DNA of 64,000 nt from NCBI GenBank assembly GCA_965153355.1, contig OZ231126.1, forward strand, positions 38,936,001 to 39,000,000, in the 5' to 3' direction. The position numbers and the translations under genes were made by a program. Positions 39,895 through 61,014 of the stretch are shown here, in pieces. A model generated the notes under the pieces. That model was not told where the DNA came from. It ran no database searches and saw only the letters and a list, made by a program, of their open reading frames with translations. The stretch comes from Flaccisagitta enflata (Eukaryota). Position 1 is the first letter of the stretch, and the number at the start of each line of letters is the position of its first letter.

Positions 39895-40206
39895 TCGTCG
39901 AGAGTGAGAGAGAGGGAGAAAGAAAGGATAAGAAAGAGAAGCGAGAAAGGAGGAAACGCGTGATAGCGAGCATACGTGCACAATGCATGGAAAATGTGCC
40001 AAGAGAAGAGCACCTGGGCTGGGCCATGTCGACGGCCGCTGGAGAAAATGGAGCAGTGACGGAGGCGCAGATGTGCGTGTGGAAGCGCACGAGAGACTGC
40101 GCGTGGGAAGGCAAACACCAAACAGCTACGCGATTTACTAATTCTCTCTATTTCCCTTTCTTGTTCTTGTATTGTATGTGTTCTTCTTGTTCTCCTGCTT
40201 AAAGCG

Positions 40207-40297
<91 letters not shown>

Positions 40298-40394
40298 CGT
40301 CTTCTTTTTCTTTTTCATTTTCTTTTTCTTTTTCTTTTTCTTTCTTTCTTTCCCTCCTCCCTTGTCTGTCCCAAATGTGGCGGATGTCCTGTGA

Positions 40395-40460
<66 letters not shown>

Positions 40461-40801
40461 CCCCACAGCCCTGTCGCCAGATGCTATCCGCGTTGGAATC
40501 TCATTTTCTTCGATCTTCTATTATTCTCTCTTGTCATTCCATTTTCCTTTCCATATCACAGACTCATTTGCATCTTCTCTCGGCGCCCGATGTTGGTTCT
40601 TCCGTCGCCCGATCGCGAGCCTCGGCGATGCCATCTGTCCCTCCGCGTGTCGAAGATATCGAAACCTGGTTGCCCCGGGTGCAGAAAACAAAAGACGCGG
40701 GCCATGGCAACCGAAACGTGGTACAGGAATGGAATGGAACAAAAGACAATGAAAGAAAGAAAGATTAGAAAAGAAAAGAAAAGGAAGGAAAGAAGGAATA
40801 A

Positions 40802-40881
<80 letters not shown>

Positions 40882-41800
40882 GAGCAAAAAACACAATAGG
40901 TCAAATTTGAAAGTCACCAAAAAACCAGAGATTAATAATCCGAGCTGGATATGGGCAGGGATAAAAATCTGAAAAAAAGAGAGAGAGAGAGAGAATAAAA
41001 AAACAAAAGAAAGAAAAGAAAAGGAGGAATTTGTGGGCCGGTCTTATCCACGAAAGACAATGAAACGAGGCGGTGACTTGGCCGACTGGAAGATTATAAA
41101 CGGATAACATTAATGATCTCTTCCGAACAAATCAGATTTACCCGGGATTTTCGCGGGCAGGATTTTTTTTACGATGTCCAAAACAGAAGAGAAAAAGAAT
41201 ACGATCCTTTTTTTTATTGCGCCTTTGAGCCATCTTGTAGTTTTGTTTTTTTATTGTTTTTCTTTTCATGAAGGATGAAGATTATGGGAAGAGTATGAAA
41301 TGGATTGAAGGCATTACTTGAGGAATTAGTAGAATTAATAGGATGAGCGAGATTTTGGTCGTGCGACCACACACGTGCTAACTTATGGCCAGGATATAAA
41401 AAAGACAAAGGACCCCAAAGTGGATGTATAAATGCAGGCATGCTTTTGTTTTGCTTCTGCACTGTAGATCCACCATGAAAATAAACGGACCTACCAGTCT
41501 CAGTCTCAGAGAGGAAGTACAGGCCCTTACACACAAAAATTCATCCCAAGTTGGTCATTGTGACAACGACTAGATTGGATCGATAGACAGAAAATGACAT
41601 ACAATTGACTACTCTGAATGAAACTTGAGACATGGCCTGCCGCCATTGCAAAACATGAATGCCTTTCCTAGAGCTCGAGCTTCATTCCAGATCGTTTAAA
41701 ATTACATGTATAAAAGAATTGACAGCTGAAATTCGAACAGTTATAGGCTATAAGGTTATACAAATGTGCAACGGTATAACAAAGGGTAGGAACTGAACTT

Positions 41801-50010
<8,210 letters not shown>

Positions 50011-50297
50011 ATTTATATTACTGCAAGCTGTGATGGATGGTTCGAAATGCAAGACCGAATGAACAGAAGTATCAAATACATTAGTCGGAGGTGAAGTAAA
50101 GGTGCAAACTAGCAAAGGTAGTCTCTACTTGTGGACTCGCGACTCCTCGAGAGGCTTTGTCCGTCGGTCCGTCGCTCGATCGGTCCACTAATTTGTCTTT
50201 CCGTGATGCTCAAGTTTCCAAGTAAAAAAGCCAGCATTTATCCCGCTGGCATTTATCCCCCTGGTTATTTGTTTGCCGAAATTGTCTTTTTCATATA

Positions 50298-50890
50298 ACA
50301 GTGGCCAAAATAAAAACCGGACGCTCAGTTTTTCATGATTGACTGAATACTGCACATACTTTTTACTTAAAATCCATGAGCATTTTAAAGAGCTTCAAAA
50401 ACTCTACAAATCTAGACCAAGCAGAAACTTCTAGCTTAAGTCGTTTTGAAATAACATAAGATTGAAATTCAACACCCATTTTCTTAGAAGCAAATTACTG
50501 TGCCTGACAATAAGGCACTTTTTGTTTCACATATTGTGTACAATAAAGAAATCAAATAAATGGAATGAAATTCAAGGTAAAATTGAAGTATTTTTAATTC
50601 TCTACAAGATGGAATCAAGCAGAAATCATGATTCTTCTTCGTTTACAAGCTATATTAATTCAAAGTTGGTTACTCTAAAAAGATTGATTCCAGATTCGAG
50701 ATTTCTGAGTGGTTATCTTTAAAGCATCATAACTTCTAAAGTTTTGAAGCTACAATGTTCTGTGAGAGCTCAAATGAAAGATATTTTGAAGCTCTTTGAA
50801 ACCATCATGGATTTTAAGGGTTTATCTTTCTTAGTTACTGAGCAATCCTTGATGGAAAAACAGCGTCCGGTTTTTTTTTTTGGCCATTGT
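50298..50890. mobile_element. TA-flanked MITE
   Basis: TA|ACAGTGGCCAAAATAAAAACCGGACGCT ... AGCGTCCGG(T)nGGCCATTGT|TA. Confidence 0.8.
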
Positions 50891-51218
50891 TAATTTAATC
50901 AGTCTGCTTAGCTTTGGTCCGTTGAAGAGAACATTTATAACAACTCTTACAACTCATTAAGTAAGTATCATTACCTAGTGGTGGGTAAAATGGAATAGGT
51001 TGTTCCATGCTTTTTTCATTTGTCCAGGGAATATGGGCAACGGACAGATATTCTAGTAAAGAAAAAAACAAGTTGGTAATTTTTCAACTTGAATAACTGA
51101 GCTGAGAAAAACCGGTTGAAAAAAAAAATATACAGATTTTCCTCGATATCTGCAAAGTAAATTCCGAATCAGGGCAAATCAGCAAAAACCAGTTTAAAAA
51201 TAACAATGATGCGATAGA

Positions 51219-51280
<62 letters not shown>

Positions 51281-52016
51281 GGAGGATGAGGAGGAGGATG
51301 ACGAGGAGGAGGAGGAGGAGGAGGAGGAGGAGGAGGAGGATGACGATCGATGCGCTTGTCATGCATGATCCTGTTAGTTAACATATGAGAGCGTCCGGTG
51401 TGTTTTATTCTACAGCTGCACAGTCCATCAAATCCCACCCTGATGGAAAAAAAAGAAACACCTAAAGCTACTTTATCCCACTCCACCCACCTACACAGTC
51501 CATCAAATCCCACCCTGATGGGAAAAAAACACCTAACGCCACTTTATCCCAGACCACCCACCTACACAGTCCGCCATGATGGGAAATAAATATAGAATGT
51601 GACTTTTTATTCCAAATTGATCAATAATCAGTCCATCTTTTTTGTAAGATAGATCTGTATATTAATACCACTGTACATCAATATCCTGTGTATGCTCAGA
51701 TTGTGATATGATTTGTCTAAACCCCACATCCTCGCCATTTATAAAAATGATGACGCAGCTGTGATGCATCTTCCCACGAGATCCTCTTGACAATCAAGTG
51801 CGTGACTCTTCCTTGGCATGACTCCGCCTCTTTTCTTCCAAGGAGTTTTCCACGTGTTTCTCATTGTTTCTCTTTGATTCTCTCTGTGTCTCTATCTCAG
51901 ACTCTAATGAAGTGTCTCTCTCATCGTGTCATCGTTTGGCGGCGTCAGACTCCACAGATGGCGCATCTGGCGACAACTGAGGAGTCTCTTCCGTCTCCGT
52001 TTGTCTACGTCTTTTT

Positions 52017-52050
52017 GTCTCTTCTGGCGACACTCTGTCTGCCAGGAAGT
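52017..52050 (+). promoter_or_regulatory. Putative BMP-responsive Smad element, copy 4
   Basis: Identical 25-bp core; motif at 52026-52041; ~1.6 kb upstream of noggin 2; extra TGGCG sites nearby. Confidence 0.72.
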
Positions 52051-52373
52051 GAAAACAACGAATAGCGAAATTGCTGAAAAGAACAAACATGTGTGTGTAT
52101 TAAGAAAACCTCATTTTTCATTGTGCTATTATATTCGCTCGAGCGTTGCGATGCAAAGCGTTCGCTCACCGCTCTCTTCTTCGCCCGTTCCCCGCGCATG
52201 GATGTTGACCAGGTTTTCTTTGTTTTCAAATATTTGACCTTTTTTGCATAGCAGCGCGCATTCTCTCTCTCTGTCTCTCTCTCTCTCTCTTATTCCTTTT
52301 CTCTTTCTTTCTTCTTTTCTTTTCTTCCTACCCTGGTTTCTCCAGAGTTCATATTCTTTCTTGCTTCTTTTTT

Positions 52374-52470
<97 letters not shown>

Positions 52471-52558
52471 CCTTCTTGCATACATTATAAATTCCTCACC
52501 ATGGGCTATCACCCGATGCCAGCTGGATCTTCTGGCGACAAATGTCTTGCCATCACGT

Positions 52559-52662
<104 letters not shown>

Positions 52663-52926
52663 CCTTCATTCGATATTCGTGATATTCTTGCCTTCCGTCC
52701 GTCTCCGGATGGTGTTTCGAACCCGCCCTCTGTCGCCAGACTCGGCATTCCTCCGTCGCCTCGTTTTTCGATGATCGTCATTTGTTTTCTGTGATCGTCA
52801 TTATCGTCAATTTTATCGTTCACGTTTCTTCACACCTTTAAGAAATGGTGTCTCTTCTTATTTCCTTTTTACCTTCTTTCACTTTAACGACGACGACGAC
52901 TTTAACGACGTTTTTGTCACCGCTCG

Positions 52927-53026
<100 letters not shown>

Positions 53027-53194
53027 CCATCAAAATTTGTCGCCTTGACCATGGTCACGACCTAATGAATCCTTAATGACCATCACTGTCGTCGTCATCG
53101 TCGTCGTTTTCGTCGTCATCGTCTCATTAAAGTCGTCGCCATTGTTGTCATAATATCGTCACGCTCGTCTCTCCATTGTCGCCGTTGTCCGTCC

Positions 53195-53290
<96 letters not shown>

Positions 53291-53353
53291 TTATTCGCTG
53301 CCCATTGTTATTGTTATCATCATTTTTGTTGTTGTTGTCCATCGCGGAATCGG

Positions 53354-53360
53354 TATAAAA
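53354..53360 (+). promoter_or_regulatory. Candidate TATA box of noggin paralogue 2
   Basis: TATAAAAG ~300 bp upstream of the ATG; AATAAA at 54587 lies downstream of the stop. Confidence 0.6.
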
Positions 53361-53658
53361 GGGAGACGCGCTGGACGGAGAAATTCAGAACAGCCTTTGG
53401 TCCTCAATCAAGAGAAAACAAATTCCTCTCTCTCTCTCTCTTTTTCTACCAAGACCAACACTCACACTCTCTTATACCCTTCTCTCTGAATTCCTCAATC
53501 TCAACCGAGAACCTTCAGAAAAAATTCCTCGCACAATTAAAAAAACATCAACATTCCGCCACCAAAACCTCAACTCCTTCGCCTTCTTTGAAGAAAAAAC
53601 AAACAAACAAACAAACTTTTCCTCTTCCTCTTCCTCCTCCCACACAAAAACCATCAAA

Positions 53659-54381
53659 ATGGCCGCCACATTCGCCCTCACTTTTGTCGTCGTCCTCGCC
53701 GCCTCTTTCGCCGCCGCCGCCTCCATGTCCATCGCTGACAGACGGCGCCTCATCAAGGCGCAATTCCACCTTCTCAAGCCTTCCGTCAACCAAGAATCCA
53801 TCGCGCCTCTCCAGGAAGACTTCGACAACGTCATTCCCTCTTCGGCCTCTTCCGCCAATCCGGCCGAGGATGCGGACGCGATGATGGAGCTTCTCGGCGC
53901 GAATCACTTCCACGCCGACTTCATGTCCGTCGACGACCCGATGGAGGGTCCCAAATTCTCGGCGCTTGTTTCCGCCGACGACGAGTCTCACTCCAAGAAG
54001 GTCGCCGACGAAGTCGACGAGCTGTTTGGCCAAGACAAGAAACTCGCATCCTCCAAAATCGGCCAAAAGATGAAGAAGAAGTTGACCAAGTTGTTGGCCG
54101 ACTTTACTCAATGCCCCGTCGTCTACGAATGGAAAGATCTCGGCGACCGATTTTGGCCGCGTTATATTCGCACCGGAACATGCTCTCAAAAGAAGTCTTG
54201 CAGCTTCCCAGCTGGAATGGGCTGCAAACCGGCGGAAGAGTCTCACTTGACGCTGCTCAGAAGATTTTGCGGATCCAGAAGATGGGGCAAAGCCGAAGTC
54301 GAAGCTTTCAACCCGAATTCCAACTGCAGATGGATCTCGATCAAATATCCCATTGTTACCAAATGCTCTTGCTCTTGTTAA
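53659..54381 (+). CDS. nog: Noggin/noggin-like paralogue 2, intact and intronless, 240 aa
   Basis: Signal peptide; clip-like HLLKPSVNQESIAPLQEDFD; MMELLGANHFHADFMS; basic patch KKLASSKIGQKMKKKL; cystine-knot domain with 9 Cys ending KCSCSC. Confidence 0.95.
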   Translation: MAATFALTFVVVLAASFAAAASMSIADRRRLIKAQFHLLKPSVNQESIAPLQEDFDNVIPSSASSANPAEDADAMMELLGANHFHADFMSVDDPMEGPKFSALVSADDESHSKKVADEVDELFGQDKKLASSKIGQKMKKKLTKLLADFTQCPVVYEWKDLGDRFWPRYIRTGTCSQKKSCSFPAGMGCKPAEESHLTLLRRFCGSRRWGKAEVEAFNPNSNCRWISIKYPIVTKCSCSC

Positions 54382-55031
54382 AAATGAGTTCTTTTTAATA
54401 TCTTCCATTTTTCGTGATTCATATTCTATTTCGTTTGTCTTTTGTCAAATTTCCGCGAAACTATCATTTCTTCCATCGTGCCATTCTGGTGTTCCGAGTT
54501 GCCATCCTTATTGTATTCGCATTAAGTTATTGTCGCATTCTGTGATATTTCATTAACACCATTGATCTCATTTGCATTTTATAATTAATAAATTAATCGC
54601 AACCTTTAAAAAAAACTTCCTTTGTTCTCTTTTGCTTCATGGGTGGTTACAAGGGAGTGGGCATTGGCGGAGGTGCAGCTGATCAAATGACGAATAAGCA
54701 TCAGCAAAGAAAAAAAAAAAAAAGAAGGAAAAAAAAAACAGTAAGAAAAGGTCGAAGAAACAAAGGTGTCGGGGTTGAAATTTTGCAATGTCTTGCGGTT
54801 TTGAAAAAGAACAACGCCGGATACATGGCTACCCAGGCGGGTGGGCAAGGGCAGTCATGAAAAAGGCTATCCATTAACAAAGCATTTGGGCAGGAGCTGT
54901 AAAGCATGAACAGCCCGCCAAAAAAGCTTAGCGTTACCGACCGACCGACCATCCGACGAACATTGCTGTTTACAGAGTCGCGTGCACTCGACTACAAAAT
55001 ATGGCCTGGAAGCTTCTGATTTGGAATGATT

Positions 55032-55173
<142 letters not shown>

Positions 55174-57430
55174 ATAAAAACTATTTCAGATGCATTAAAA
55201 CCGATCATGTATTACAGGCTGTCAAAATCAGGTAGAGAGTAGAGACTGCAGATAAACAGAGAGGAAGCAGGAAAAAACAAGGCCGGATACACGGTCACCA
55301 GTTGCGGACGGGTGGGCAGGGGCGGAAATGCGCGTTTCCTCACTTTTTGACTCGTGTCCACGGACCAACCAACCGACCGACCGACGGACGGACAAAGCCT
55401 CTTATAGAGTTGCGTGTCCGCAACTAAAAAGAGGTGTCCATTGTCCAACCGGGTGGATCATTGGTGATTAATTTTACCCGAGCGCATTATCGCCTCAGCG
55501 TGATATCGCGGCAGCGTGTCGCGGACCGGCCGACCATGTTCCATTACTTATTAACACGCCATGTATATACGCTCCGTTCCATACGAGCAGATATTTTGAC
55601 CATACGCCGGCCGGCGGTCAACCATCTGAACCGCAGGTTGTCGCGGCGATGGCGCAAAGTTCGATTTGATTCGATTCGGCCGGCCAACATATTTTCACTT
55701 CGCGGTTTGAGCATGGTGAGTGTATGAGTTTAAATGTTTCATGTCGCACTGAGGGTTGCAATTTGGAAGAGCAGTTCAGCACATAGCCAATTTGTTTATT
55801 CTTATGCAGGGGCAGTTTATCAACAATGCGGGATCTATAACAATCTGGATGCATGCAAATGGGCAGGGACAGAGTGGCTTAAACAGTTGCATACGACTAA
55901 AAAAAGCCTCTATGTCATGGAGTACAGGAACAGCAAATTTTGGTTTCATTTTACTTTTTGCTTGTGATATAGATTTATAATCAAAGAATATTATTAGAAT
56001 TTTAGTTGAATATTTTTGATATAATGTATAAGGAGTTTTAACAATGTTTTTAAACCCAGTATACTGACTATGGCCTCATACCAATCAGAAATAAAAATTG
56101 AATGTTTGAATTCTTGAGAAAAATAGTAAACAAAATTTCAAAACCTTGTTGGGTGAAATTATATCACGGCCTCAAAAAAGAAAATTTTGCATTTCTAAGA
56201 ACATGGCCCTTATCTTATGTGTTTTTAAAAAAAGGCCATATTTTTGGAAATGCAAATTTCTTTATTTTCATGCAATGATATAATTTCACCTAAGAAGAGT
56301 CAGATGACAAAGTATAATTTTCTGCAAAAAATCTTCTTTTTTATACTTTTTTTAAATACTTTATGTACATCAAGTCTGTATTTTAGTGATTATCTATGCA
56401 AAAATTGTTTCTTCAACACTTAAAAAATGTTTTTTTAACAAAAAAAGTTATAGAAAACTAATGTAAAAAATATCTAAAAAATTGTAATGACGCATGAAAT
56501 TTCTTCTTCCCGTACACTGCGTCCTATCCTACATGCTAAGTGACTGGCGGCTGGATGAATAGAAACACAAACCAATGAGTGCAAAAATAAATAAATGAAC
56601 AGTTAAATAAGTTGACCAACAAATAAATATATTATTTTCACTCTTAAGACAAAGCCGGATTCACGGCTACCCAAGTCGCGTGCAGTACTTCATCATTTGG
56701 GCAGGAGCAGTGAGGCCAAAGAATGCTAAAACCCCAAAAAAGTAAAGTGTGACAGACAGACCAATAGACTGACAAAGCGGAGTGTAGTGTCGCGGAGTCA
56801 CGTAGGACGCAACTAAAAACATCACTTTTTCCAGAAGCCTTGACAAAAAAGCTACCAACAAAATAATTACAATCTCCCTAATGATATGTTTAATTGTTTA
56901 TAAACTAGATTTTAGTATAGAAAATAATGTAGGTGGGACAAAATACACTTTTTTTTTACAAGAACCTAGTTTATAAGGACATCAAGGCTTCAAATAGCCC
57001 CAAATTTAAGAACATCTCCAGAACAGATCTTGAAATTTCGCTTGAGGTAATATCTAAAAAATATTATTAAAACACTTAAATTTTAGTATCATTTTATAAT
57101 TTTTGATATAAATACTATAAGAAAATCCCCAGACTTTAATGTTTAGCATTTGTTTTAACAGTATTTAACAGAAATATATTAAGTATAATTGAGTAATAGT
57201 ATATTTTAAGGTTTACTATAGTTTATGTAGAATTTTAAATTAAGAACGCTCTAAGAAGGCTTTATTAGGCCTTGAAAATAAGAACATGAAGCCTTTGAAA
57301 GAGAAAAGATGCTGTTTTAAAAAAAAGTGTTAATCAAATGACTTCAATGAAATTTATCATTTATGTACAAAATTTATCGCGCCGACTCAAAGGAATCATA
57401 GCCACAGTGCGCTGACCGAGCGAGACTCAC

Positions 57431-57664
57431 CAGTCTCCAATATTTCCTCTGAATTTTGTAGAATCTCTTCCGTCGCCGAATCCGGCTCAAGCTGCTCACC
57501 ATGAGACCATCTATTGGCACCAGATTCACCGATCCGAGTTCGAATCCTGCCGGCCGGCCAATCGGACGCACGACGGGCGGCAGTCGTCATAAGATCACGA
57601 TCGATGTCACGGTCAGCCGGCCCATCGGCTTCGCGACGAAGCGACTGGTTTGTCTTCCCGTCAA
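57431..57664 (-). other. Candidate internal exon (234 nt, phase 1-1) of an unidentified gene
   Basis: GC-rich island with a ttcag acceptor, GTGAGT donor and an open 78-codon frame. Confidence 0.3.
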
Positions 57665-57774
57665 CTGAATGTCAACTAAAACAAGCGACGCGGGGTCACA
57701 ATATCGTTGCGAACGGAAGGGCAGGGGCTTCCAACCCAATCCGCACCTAACACCCCCAGCCCCCTCCACATACA

Positions 57775-59280
57775 CAAGTCATGATTAGTCATCCGATGCC
57801 CTGCTTGGAGTGAAAGCAGGGCAGCGACCCTAAGGCCTAAGGGGCCAATGTCCTGTAGGCCACAGGAGTGAATTTCCAGACTTACGATTGCGGAATTGAG
57901 GTCTTAAGAGCTGATCTCCCCTCTTAGGCCTTGAATCTGTGAGAAGAGATTTAAGGCCAATTTGAGGCTTAGAGGGCTGATTTGAGGCCTGAGAGGCCAG
58001 ATTACTATCTTAGAAATAAAAAGGTTTCCGCACAATTGCATGTATATCTCAGACTAGAATCAACGAATCATCAAAAAATTGGTGAGATTATTAAAGCCCT
58101 TCAAATTTGCAAGCAATCTACGCAAACCACATCTCTCTAACTCAATGCATTCAAAAGTTATTCAACTTTGAATGAAATGTTTCAATTTTTTTTTTGCTAT
58201 ATCAACACAATCTTCAAATAATAAACATTATTTTTTTTCAAATAACTTTTAAACGCATTGAGCTAGACAGATGCAGTTTGTGTAGATTGCTTGCAAATTT
58301 GAAGGGCTTCATTTGTGTCACCAATTTTTTAAAGATTTGTTGAATCTCTTTGGAGATATAAGTTAAAACGTAGTAACAGAAACGATAAAAAAAATCCCTT
58401 GAAAGGTCTGGAACAACATCACTCCAGAGTACTTAAAAAAGCACTGCAAACTGCTTCTCTGATGAATGGCGGTAGTGATTCAGTCAAAGGAGGCTAACAT
58501 AAAATATTCATGGATTCGCAATTGATTTGTGGTCATTTTCACGTAAATAAATGAAATAATGTTACAGGTGGAAACCTTTTTATTTCTAAGATAGTAGAGG
58601 CCTGAGTCTGATCTGAGGCCTGAGAGGCTGGATTTGTAGCCTGAGAGGCCAGAGTTTTTTGAGGCGTGACAGGCCTGATGGGGGGATGGACGGATGGACA
58701 AACGAAAGTCCCCTGTGTTCTACAGGACTTCGTCCGCTTTGGAGCCGCTGCCCAACTAAAGGTCTTGAGAGCTTAATTGAGGTCCGGGAGGGCTAATTTG
58801 AGGGTTGTAGGGCCACCAAAACCAGGCCTGGGTATGAATGGGCGGAAGGATGGAAAGACGGGGGAAGGAAAGACAGGACTGACGGATGTCTAGAATTTCA
58901 ACAGGTCGCCTAAGGGCATTATATGGACAGCGATACCCGTTGCCCTGCTTTGCATGATTGTGAATTGGAGTGAGAGGAAGCAGAGAAGTTCTGTAAAAAA
59001 TGTCTGTTTGTCTTGAAATCTGTCCTCTCAGGCCTAAAATCTACCCTCTCAGGCCTGAAATCTGCCCTCTCAGGTCTTGAGTCTGAGAGGGTTTATTCAA
59101 GGTCTGAGAGCACAGAGAGCACAGAGGGTAGATTTCAGGCTTGAGAGGGCAGATTTCAGGCCAGAGATGGCCTAAGGGGAGGGCAAACGGACAAACGGAC
59201 AAATTGATGGATGGATGGACAGACAAGAGTCCCCCTGTGTTCTACAGGACTTCATCCCCTTTGGAGCCGCTGCCCAAAAA
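57775..59280 (+). mobile_element. Two degenerate family B elements; the first contains a TA-flanked MITE at 58005-58594
   Basis: MITE TIR CTATCTTAGAAATAAAAAGGTTTCC; family B ends CCCCTGTGTTCTACAGGACTTC..GCCGCTGCCC. Confidence 0.7.
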
Positions 59281-60300
59281 GCATCTAAAACGCTTGTTTT
59301 CCCACTCTTGACTCGTGCTCACGAACGGACAAACTGACGGACGGACCAAGGGACATATAAAAGCGTCTCATAGAGTTGCGTGTCCGCAAGTATAAAATTT
59401 TGTCTTTTGTTTTTTTTTCGGGGCGATCGCCGCGATCATCTCTAAAGGTGGAATTCAAAAGAAGTTTTAACCTCGGAAAAAATATAAAAAACAATTGAAC
59501 AATCCATAACGCGGAAGGGGGCCCTCAAAGCGAAATATGGCTGGACAGTGCGGTGGAAACCGGACCAAGAAGTAGTGGCTTGCGGATGGGCAAGGGTAGT
59601 TGGAAAAAGTCGAATTGTACGTAATTCGACTTTTTGATTAGGGGCAATTTTAACAAATTAAGCGGTTTTTTAGTTGGAATGATATACTTTTTATTTTTTA
59701 TAAGAACCTAGTTTATAAGAACATCAAGGCTTGAAATCGCTCTAAAATAAAGAACATCGTAGTTACTTTATTACTAGCTATCTCTATCTCTTTTGAAGGC
59801 TTCAGCCAAAAAATGATGTTCTTATAAAAAATAAAAAGTGTACTTCTTTGATGTCTACAGCTACGAAAGAGCTATTTTTTTTGTTTCAAATGGCGCCAAC
59901 CAGAGGTCTGTATGATCAATATTTTTGAAGTTATGATTTTTTGAATATCTTTTTTATTTTTTCGTATTATCCCAAAAATCATTTCTTTTTTCATTGATCC
60001 TAATTTCCAGCCCTATGTAACAAAAGAGAAGAGTCAAAATGATACATGAATTGACTCTAACAATTTTTAGTCGCGTGCTACGCGACTCTATACCCCGCTA
60101 TGTCGGTTGGTTGGTTGGTTGGTTGGTTGGTCGGTCGGTTAGTTGGTCGGTTGATCGGTTGGTCCCCTTTTTACTTCTTCGGCGTTTTTGAGCTTTTTGA
60201 GCTTACGGCTCCTGCCCAGATGCCTTAGTGACTTTCTCCAGCACTGCTCTTGCCCACCCACACACAACTAGGGTAGCCGTGTATCCGGCCTTGTTTACGC

Positions 60301-60343
<43 letters not shown>

Positions 60344-60943
60344 TTGGGCAGGAGCAGTAATACAAAAACTGCTTGGAATTAGAAAAATGTGATGGACCAA
60401 TCAACGGACAGACATACCAACTGACATAGCAAGGTGTAGTCCCGTATCCGCGACTAAAAACAGACAAGCAGCAGATGTTCACATTTTGTAGAAGTGGGAA
60501 GCCCCGCTTCTTGGAAAGGGAAGAAATTCGTCAGAAGATTTTGGAAGAAAGAGGAAAAAAATTCAGAATACAATAGAGAAGGAAAAAAAAGATAGAAACA
60601 AAGAAAGAACGAATAAAAGAAATTATAAAAGAAGGAAAAGTAGAAAAGAAACCTCCAATTAAGTTCCAAAGAGTCGTTATGTAATATTTCGCTACAAAAT
60701 GTTACCCTGAGACATGTCATAAATTTGAGAGGGAAAATTTCGCCTCCCAGAAGGTTTGCAAAATATGAACGCCTAACAGGCAGTCAACCAGACAGTATGA
60801 GATGCACACACAAAAGAACATGCACTGAAAAAGATACTCCCATTTCCGACTCTTTCCCAGTAGGCGATAGCCGCCTTTATTGGTATTGCAGGTGGGCAAG
60901 GTTGGGCCAATATTATGGGTGAACAGGGGCTGTAATGTGAGAT

Positions 60944-61014
<71 letters not shown>

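Noticed and set aside
53548-54408. 286-aa minus-strand ORF
   Set aside because: Antisense shadow of the GC-rich noggin CDS.
57500-57562. tRNA-like B-box GTTCGAATCC followed by CCA
   Set aside because: No convincing cloverleaf could be built by eye.
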